A program made the position numbers and the translations under genes. Under the pieces are notes generated by a model that saw only the letters and a list, made by a program, of their open reading frames with translations, was not told the origin of the DNA and searched no databases. 64,000 bases of DNA from Gemmatimonadota bacterium. GTDB lineage: Bacteria; Gemmatimonadota; Gemmatimonadetes; Gemmatimonadales; GWC2-71-9. Location: contig QHUB01000017.1 in the NCBI GenBank assembly GCA_003221035.1, positions 1,298-65,297 of the forward strand. The letters run 5' to 3'. How positions within the stretch are numbered: the first letter of the stretch is position 1; every line of letters starts with the position of its first letter. Positions 18,389 to 24,937 of this stretch are shown here, in pieces.

Positions 18389-18909
18389 CACCACTGCGAT
18401 TGCGCCCCGTCGACGATCTGCTGCACGAGCTTGGCCAGCGCCGCCCGGCGGCCGTCGCGCTCGTTCGGGGGATCGTAGTCGCCGTCCACCAACAGACCCT
18501 GCCGCTTCCACACCGTCGTTCCTTCGCGCTGGTTGACGATCTCGACGTCGATGATCAGCTGAACTTTGCGCTTCGTCACCGTCACTTGTCCCTGCCCCGG
18601 CAACACGCCCTGCGGTACGTCGGGTTCGTAGCGCACGACGCGGCCGCGCACGATGGCATCGGCATTGTCTTCTTTCGCGATCCGCAGTCCCAGCCGGCCC
18701 TCGAGCGCCAGGCGCACGGACTCCGTGACCTCCTGCGTCAGCGCCGGCTCCGGTGTGTCGTTGTCGAAGGGAAGGATGGCGACGGTCCTGACGTTCGGCA
18801 GCGTCCCGCCGTGGAATCCGTACGGGCACGCGCTGAGCGACAGGACGCCCGAGCTAATGGCGACTGCGCCAAGCATCGGGCGGAATGACCGCCGCAGTGT
18901 CCACCACAT
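18388..18909 (-). CDS. LptE-like lipoprotein (putative LPS-assembly lipoprotein)
   Basis: 173 aa from MWWTLRR. Lipobox LSLSAC. ..VAILPFDNDT...LIIDVEIVN.. pattern resembles LptE. Family call is tentative. Confidence 0.55.
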   Translation of the reverse strand: MWWTLRRSFRPMLGAVAISSGVLSLSACPYGFHGGTLPNVRTVAILPFDNDTPEPALTQEVTESVRLALEGRLGLRIAKEDNADAIVRGRVVRYEPDVPQGVLPGQGQVTVTKRKVQLIIDVEIVNQREGTTVWKRQGLLVDGDYDPPNERDGRRAALAKLVQQIVDGAQSQW

Positions 18910-19570
18910 CCACCGTGAGTTCAAATCTTGCCGGCCCTTCCGGAAAGTCGATGCGCGCGCTCGCGGGGTGCTGGAGTGAATCGCGTCTGGCGCGGCTGCG
19001 TGCGACCAGTGTGCCGCGCCGGCGCCACTCCGCCTCCAACAGGGACTCGCGTCCCGCACTGTCGGTCACCACATAGTCGAGCGTATCCTCGACCTGGGCG
19101 AAGCGCCATACCACCCGGCGCTTGTGCGACAGCGAATCCAGGACCTCGGCGCCGAATACGGCGGCGGCCTCCGCGGGCGGCCGCACCAGCGTGAACGCCG
19201 CCCACAGCATCGGAACCGCGGGAACCAAAGCGCGGAAGTTCTTCTCCGGGTCCGCCCACGCGACTGAATCGCCGATGATGACCGCCGCGCCACTGCCCAG
19301 ATTGAGCGGGCCCGCGAAATCGAAGCGCAGAGAGTCGGGCGGGGCGATGCGAATGGTGCCGCGTCCCGCGTACTTCACGCGCTCGTCCTGATAGTGCCAC
19401 CGAAAGCGAATCAGCATCGGTGCGCGCGGCAGCGTGGAGCGCGTCCATGCGACCGCGGCGTCGCGACTCCCGGGCGCCAACGGCATCGGCACGAGCGGCG
19501 CCGGCGGATGCGGGCAGGCCGTCAACAGCGTACACGCGCCAATGTAGGAAAGCGCGCGGCGCCGGGTCAA
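18854..19570 (-). CDS. Lipoprotein, LolB/LolA-fold-like (tentative)
   Basis: 238 aa. TTG start overlapping the upstream stop (TTGA). Lipobox LLTAC. No family confirmed. Confidence 0.5.
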   Translation of the reverse strand: MTRRRALSYIGACTLLTACPHPPAPLVPMPLAPGSRDAAVAWTRSTLPRAPMLIRFRWHYQDERVKYAGRGTIRIAPPDSLRFDFAGPLNLGSGAAVIIGDSVAWADPEKNFRALVPAVPMLWAAFTLVRPPAEAAAVFGAEVLDSLSHKRRVVWRFAQVEDTLDYVVTDSAGRESLLEAEWRRRGTLVARSRARRDSLQHPASARIDFPEGPARFELTVDVVDTAAVIPPDAWRSRH

Positions 19571-22482
19571 TAGTTGAAGCCGAAGAAGAAGTCGACAAAG
19601 CGCTGCTTACTCGTGCTCGCCGGCAGATGATACCCGGGCACATCCACCGTGCCGAGGCGATATCCGGCGTCGAGGCGCAACACCAGCGGCGGGCCGATCG
19701 GCATACGCAAGCCCAGTCCGCTCGCGCCCAACACGTGACGCATCTCGGTGCTCGTGGTCCACGCGCGGCCATAATCGACGAACAACGCGGCCTGGATCCC
19801 CGGAAAACGCGCGGAGCCGAACGGGAACCCGACAGTGAGAAAGTCGAGAACCGGAAACCGGTACTCCGCATTCACCAGCCAGGCACGCGTGCCCGCGACG
19901 TACCCGTACTGGGGGTAGCCCCGGAGTCCCCACGACCCCCCGATGCTGATGTGCTGCGGCCGCTCGCCGCCGGACGTGTATCCTTCTACGCGCAACGCGA
20001 CGGCGCTGCGCTGCGATGTTCTGATGTACCGCCGCCAGTCCGCCGACGCGACCCACGAGTCGAATCGGCCGTGACTGAGATCCGACACGATGCCGGCCGT
20101 GATGTTGTAGCGCGTGCCATCGATCGGCCCCGTGGCGAGCCACAGCGTGTTGTCCTTGACGTACGACAGATTATTCGAGGCGAGCCAGCCAACGCGGTGG
20201 GGATTCGCGAGATCATCGGCGGTCAGGTCAAGCCGATCCGAGCGCTCGAACCGGTACTCGCCCACGAGCCGGCGGAAGCGATCGAGCGGATAACGCACCT
20301 GCGCCGTGACGCCGTACGACTCTTCCTGGTACAACGAATTGTGATCGCCTTCATAAAACAGACCGCGCTCCCTGAACGCCCCCACACCCCAATTGATGCG
20401 ACGCGATTGGTTCAAGTAGAACGCGGATCCGCTGACGTTGTCCAACAGGCTTCCCACGTCGGAGCTCTGGAACGAGGACACGGAAAGATAGAGCTGATGA
20501 TCGGACAACAGGTCGCTGAACACGACCATCGCGCCCTGCGCCGAGCCGACACCGGGCGCCACCGCGGCATCTCCGGCAGCGAAATCCACGCTGAGCCGTT
20601 TTTGGTAGGGCGCCGCAGCAGTGCTGGCATACCGTGAATGCGCGAGCTCGTCCCACGTCCAGGACGGTGCGGGTACGCTGTCCGTCGCGAGACTGACGAG
20701 CGTCTCGTTTCCCGTGTCGCGCAGCGGCGGCGCGAGATAGATGCTGAAGCTGAGATCCGCAAAGCCGCCGAACAACAGGCCACCGTGCGGACCGGAGACC
20801 CATTGAGGATCGAACGCCCCATTCATCGTCCGGGTCTCACGGCGTCCCGTGCCGGTCGAGTCGATCGAGTAAATCTGGAACGTGCCGTCGCGGTCGGAGG
20901 CAAAGTAGATTCGGTCCCCGGCTTCGCCCCCTCCGCTCCACCCGCTCCCCCCGCCCCCTCCGCTTCCTCCGAATCGCGGCGATTCGTCGTGCCAGTCGCC
21001 GTAGGTCAGATACCGAATCGCCCCGCTGGGCAGGTCGAGCGCAAAGAGGTTCCTGGCGCCGTTCTTTCCAAAAGGCGTGCGATCCGATGAAAAGACGACC
21101 GTGTGCCCGTCCGGGCTGACGCTCGGATCGAGGTCTTCGTAGCGATCGGAGGTCAACCGCTCGAGACGCCCCGCACCCAACGAATCACCGGGATCTGCGA
21201 TCCAGAGACGATAGAGGTCCGAATACCCGGACTCCGAGAGTCCGCTGAAGACGACGCTCTTGCCATCGGGCGCCCAGGCCGGCGAGAGCATCGAGACCAG
21301 CTCACTGAACTGGTAGCGCGCGATCACCTTGGCCTTTCGCAGATCCCACAAGAACAGCGCATCGCGCTGCGCGTTCTTGCTGCTGAACACGGCGATGCCG
21401 TGCGCGTTCACGTCCATCCGTGACTCGAAGAAGTGAAAGGATTCGAACTGCTCGCTGCGCTCTCCCTGCACCACCGAACGGCGACTCCGGTTCGCCAGAC
21501 TCTGCGCGTAGATCGTGGCATAGCCGTTCGCCGGCGAGAAGAAGAGGAAGGAGAGCGCCGAATCGCCCGGCAGCAGGTATGCGGTGGGCTTCACCGCCAG
21601 GTCGCTCAACTTGCGTGCCGTGAGCGCGAGCGGCGACTGGGCGACGACGGCCGGATAATAGTGCTGACGCATCCAGTACAGCCACTCCTCGGACAATTCC
21701 CCAATGGAGCGGCCGTATACGCCCGCCAGCGCCGCGTCGAAAGATTTGTACTTCCAGATCTCAGCGTACAGGTCGAGAATCCGCCATTCTCCGTAGCGCT
21801 CGGCCAGGAAGCGATGGATGCTGCCCCCGACGGGATATACCAGTCCGCCCGACGCGTAATACAGATCCGGGAGCGACGGCAGGTGTCCGTCGATCGTCAT
21901 GTCGCGCAAGACCATTTCGTCACGGCTGTCTTCGCCGGCGGAAAAGAATTCGGCCATTCCCTCGGTCCACCACAGCGGCATCCCCACCTGCCGGAAACGT
22001 GGATGGCGGCCGAACGTCTGCGAAACCATGCTCAGCTGGAAGACGTGCACCAGCTCGTGGCGAATCGTGTGCCGGAATTCGGCGTAGTTGCCGCGGAACG
22101 GCAGCGCGACGCGGCGCCGCAGGAACTCGGTCACGCCGAGCAGCCCTTCGGGCGGAATGAACGGCAGCACGTTCGTCTGCTCGAAAGCGTTGTGTGACGC
22201 ATACACGATCATCGGAAAGCGTTTCGTGACCGCGTGATTGAAGCGGCGGGAGAGCGAGTCGTAACTCTCTTCGGCATAGGTCAGCGCGACGCGCCCGAGA
22301 TCCTCTTCCTCTGGATAGTAGTAGAGATCGACGTGCTCACCATGGAGAACGCGCCAGTTGAAGCGGCGGTACTGAATCTTGTTCTGCCCGAAGTTGCCGT
22401 ATTGCGCGCGTAACGCCGGAACCAGGCCAACGCTCAAAACCACGGCACAGGCCAAGGCCTGTGCACAGCGCCTGGGAGTCAT
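19567..22482 (-). CDS. Omp85-family outer-membrane protein with N-terminal MA-type peptidase-like domain and TolB-like (PD40) beta-propeller repeats
   Basis: 971 aa with a signal peptide. HELVHVF (HExxH) near residue 140, repeated ..SPDG..VVFSS.. PD40-like blades, and a C-terminal Bac_surface_Ag signature (..LFVDYGRAW...GLGLRM...LRLDAGY...FFFGFNY). Confidence 0.85.
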   Translation of the reverse strand: MTPRRCAQALACAVVLSVGLVPALRAQYGNFGQNKIQYRRFNWRVLHGEHVDLYYYPEEEDLGRVALTYAEESYDSLSRRFNHAVTKRFPMIVYASHNAFEQTNVLPFIPPEGLLGVTEFLRRRVALPFRGNYAEFRHTIRHELVHVFQLSMVSQTFGRHPRFRQVGMPLWWTEGMAEFFSAGEDSRDEMVLRDMTIDGHLPSLPDLYYASGGLVYPVGGSIHRFLAERYGEWRILDLYAEIWKYKSFDAALAGVYGRSIGELSEEWLYWMRQHYYPAVVAQSPLALTARKLSDLAVKPTAYLLPGDSALSFLFFSPANGYATIYAQSLANRSRRSVVQGERSEQFESFHFFESRMDVNAHGIAVFSSKNAQRDALFLWDLRKAKVIARYQFSELVSMLSPAWAPDGKSVVFSGLSESGYSDLYRLWIADPGDSLGAGRLERLTSDRYEDLDPSVSPDGHTVVFSSDRTPFGKNGARNLFALDLPSGAIRYLTYGDWHDESPRFGGSGGGGGSGWSGGGEAGDRIYFASDRDGTFQIYSIDSTGTGRRETRTMNGAFDPQWVSGPHGGLLFGGFADLSFSIYLAPPLRDTGNETLVSLATDSVPAPSWTWDELAHSRYASTAAAPYQKRLSVDFAAGDAAVAPGVGSAQGAMVVFSDLLSDHQLYLSVSSFQSSDVGSLLDNVSGSAFYLNQSRRINWGVGAFRERGLFYEGDHNSLYQEESYGVTAQVRYPLDRFRRLVGEYRFERSDRLDLTADDLANPHRVGWLASNNLSYVKDNTLWLATGPIDGTRYNITAGIVSDLSHGRFDSWVASADWRRYIRTSQRSAVALRVEGYTSGGERPQHISIGGSWGLRGYPQYGYVAGTRAWLVNAEYRFPVLDFLTVGFPFGSARFPGIQAALFVDYGRAWTTSTEMRHVLGASGLGLRMPIGPPLVLRLDAGYRLGTVDVPGYHLPASTSKQRFVDFFFGFNY

Positions 22483-24569
22483 CGGTGGATGCTCCTGATG
22501 CGATCGCCCTGCCCGATCGCGTTCAATACAACGGTACCGCCCCCGCTTCCCCCGCCCCCGCCCACGACGCGGCCGAAGACCGTGTAGATGCCGTCCAGGT
22601 GGGGTTGCGCGGAATGCGCGATGAAATACTGGCTTCCGCCGGTATTGGGACCCGACAGCGCCATCCCTACGGTCCCCGCCTCGTAACGCACGGGGTTGAT
22701 CTCGTCCCGAATGGAGAATCCCGGTCCGCCCCAGCCGTCGCCGCGCGGATCGCCGTCCTGCACGACGAAGTTCGGAACGACCCGATGCCAGCGCGTCCCG
22801 TCGAAATAGCGCCGCGACACGAGGTCCAAAAACGCCGCGACCGTGAGCGGCGCCTCTGCGGGCAGCAGCTCGATGTCGAGCGCCCCGCGATCAGTTTCGA
22901 GTGTGACGTGCGGATTCGTTCCCACGAATGCCGGCGCGAGCCAGCGGCGCGCGACGTCGCGGTAATCGACAATGGTCTTGCCGGTCGCGATCGGCAGCGC
23001 CGGGCCCCAGGCGTCGCGCGTGTCGGGGAGTGTGTCGGCGGCGAGACGGCGCACGAGATAATCGTCCGGCCGCTTGGTCGCCGCGATGAACTTCGATGCC
23101 ACCTGCACGCGCCCATTCGCCGACGCCGCGGCGATGGCGCCGAGCGCGGACACGGCAGACAGACGGGCATCGGTGAACGGATCGCCCTCGGCCCTGGTGT
23201 ACGCGACGACCAGCCGATCGATGTCTTCGGGATTGGGCCGCCGCGCGAGCAGGTCAGCCGCGAGGCTGCGGACGGCCGGGTCCGCGTGGGTCAGCAGCGT
23301 GCGCGCGCGGGCCGGCAGTGCAGAGTCGGTCGGGGGGACAATGCGCTGCAACATTTGCAGCGCCTGCGCCACCACGCGACCATCGGGATCCGCGAGCTGC
23401 GCCTCCAACCGGTCGCGGGCGCGGGCGGCCCCGTAGGCTTCGGCGGCGACGCTGCGCCAGCGCCAATCGGCATCGCCCGCCGGCGCCGCGGCCGCCGCGA
23501 CTCCGGCGCCGCTGTCAGCCTGGGCCACGGCGATCAGCGCCTGGCGCCGCAACGCGAAGACGCTGCTGGTGAGACGCGCGCGCAGCGCTTCGAGCGCGCG
23601 CGAGCCGCCGATCACGCCGAGTGTCGTCTCTGCCTGAACCGAGACGCCGATGTCGCGATCGGCGACGAGCGGGACGACCGCGACGGTCAATCCGGAATCG
23701 CGGAAGGAGGCGACCGCCCGCAGCGCGTTGATGCGAATGTGCGCATCGCCGTCGGCGAGCAGACGGCGGAGACCGGTAATCGCGTTCTGCGGATCGAGCT
23801 TCGCGCTGTCCAGCAACGCCTTGTTGATGCCACGCGCGCCGACGATGCGCGTTTGTGGATCGGCATCGCTGAGCGCGCGGACGAGCGGCGTCGCGCCATC
23901 TTTGGCCCGCAGGCGCGCCAGGGAGTACAACGCGCGCCACCGTGTGTCGGCGACCGCCGCGTCGGTAAATCGGACCAGTTGCGCGAGCGGCGCACGAGCG
24001 CCCAGGCGCCACGCCTCGATCAGAGCGGCATTCACCACCTCGTTCGCGTTGCCGGGCGACGCCGCAGCCAGGACGTCGCCGAGCGCGCGCGCGCCATCGT
24101 CACCACCGATTTTCGCGATCGCGGTCACCGCTTCGACTTGTGGCGCGCGCGCTTGCGGTGCCGATGCCAGGATCACGTCGACCAGCGGCGGGATCGCGCG
24201 CGCGTCTTTGAGCAGGCCCAGCGCGAATGCCGCGGCCGCTTGTACCGCGGGGACGGTGTCATGCAGGACGGGAAGCAGCAGGTCGACGGCGGCGCCATCG
24301 CCGATCCGTCCCGCGGCGAGCGCGCCCTGACGGCGCACGTCGGGATCGGGATGACTCAGCGCTTCGCCCAGGGGTACCGGGTCGAAGCGACGGGCATCGG
24401 CAGCGCCGAGGACCGCCGCGAGCACACCCACGGTTGTCTCGTCGATTGGCGCGCGCTGCTGTGCGACGGCAGCGGCGGGCGCCGCTGCGATCAGAACAAG
24501 GAGACTATAGACGAACCGGGTCCGACGTGGGTTCGAGCAGCTCACACACGTGCTCCGGGATGCGCGCAA
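22479..24569 (-). CDS. Secreted HEAT-repeat protein fused to cyclophilin-type peptidyl-prolyl isomerase
   Basis: 696 aa. The N-terminal ~480 aa are HEAT-like repeats (..DPDVRRQGALAAGRIGD.., ..DADPQTR.., ..HADPAVRS..). The C-terminus carries HRVVPNFVVQDGDPRGDGWGGPG...GGSQYFI...YTVFGRVV. ATGA overlap with the downstream Omp85 gene. Confidence 0.85.
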   Translation of the reverse strand: MRASRSTCVSCSNPRRTRFVYSLLVLIAAAPAAAVAQQRAPIDETTVGVLAAVLGAADARRFDPVPLGEALSHPDPDVRRQGALAAGRIGDGAAVDLLLPVLHDTVPAVQAAAAFALGLLKDARAIPPLVDVILASAPQARAPQVEAVTAIAKIGGDDGARALGDVLAAASPGNANEVVNAALIEAWRLGARAPLAQLVRFTDAAVADTRWRALYSLARLRAKDGATPLVRALSDADPQTRIVGARGINKALLDSAKLDPQNAITGLRRLLADGDAHIRINALRAVASFRDSGLTVAVVPLVADRDIGVSVQAETTLGVIGGSRALEALRARLTSSVFALRRQALIAVAQADSGAGVAAAAAPAGDADWRWRSVAAEAYGAARARDRLEAQLADPDGRVVAQALQMLQRIVPPTDSALPARARTLLTHADPAVRSLAADLLARRPNPEDIDRLVVAYTRAEGDPFTDARLSAVSALGAIAAASANGRVQVASKFIAATKRPDDYLVRRLAADTLPDTRDAWGPALPIATGKTIVDYRDVARRWLAPAFVGTNPHVTLETDRGALDIELLPAEAPLTVAAFLDLVSRRYFDGTRWHRVVPNFVVQDGDPRGDGWGGPGFSIRDEINPVRYEAGTVGMALSGPNTGGSQYFIAHSAQPHLDGIYTVFGRVVGGGGGSGGGTVVLNAIGQGDRIRSIHR

Positions 24570-24873
24570 GAGTTTGTTCTGTGTTCAACGCGATCAACGA
24601 CGTTTCAGCCGTGGCGAGGAGCTCGCCGGTCTCGGCGCGCTCGATTGCATATCCGAAAATCACGCGGCGCGACGCCAGGTCCCGCACCCAACAACGGGTG
24701 CGAATCATATCATCATAGCGCGCGGGCTGCCGATACCGCACCTGCACGTTGGTGACGGTGAGATACGTCCCCTGTTGTTCCATGTCGCGATACGACATGC
24801 CGCGCTCGCGCAGATGCTCGGTGCGCGCCATATCCATCCAGATGAGATAGTTCGCGTGATAGACGAACCCCAT
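24505..24873 (-). CDS. Acyl-CoA thioesterase, YbgC/4HBT family (true start probably upstream, non-canonical)
   Basis: GFVYHANYLIWMDMARTEHL.. hotdog-fold motif. Coordinates are from the first ATG. The conserved ..RVNYSETD.. segment is encoded in frame just upstream (see finding). Confidence 0.8.
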   Translation of the reverse strand: MGFVYHANYLIWMDMARTEHLRERGMSYRDMEQQGTYLTVTNVQVRYRQPARYDDMIRTRCWVRDLASRRVIFGYAIERAETGELLATAETSLIALNTEQTLARIPEHVCELLEPTSDPVRL

Positions 24874-24937
24874 CTGATCGGTTTCGGAGTAGTTGACGCG
24901 GTGCAGGACCGCGCTGATCGACGGCGGGGAGTTGCGG

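Noticed and set aside
22461-24755. 764-aa plus-strand ORF
   Set aside because: It is antisense to the HEAT-cyclophilin gene, whose cyclophilin motifs are unambiguous. It has an Arg/Asp/Gly-rich shadow-frame composition.
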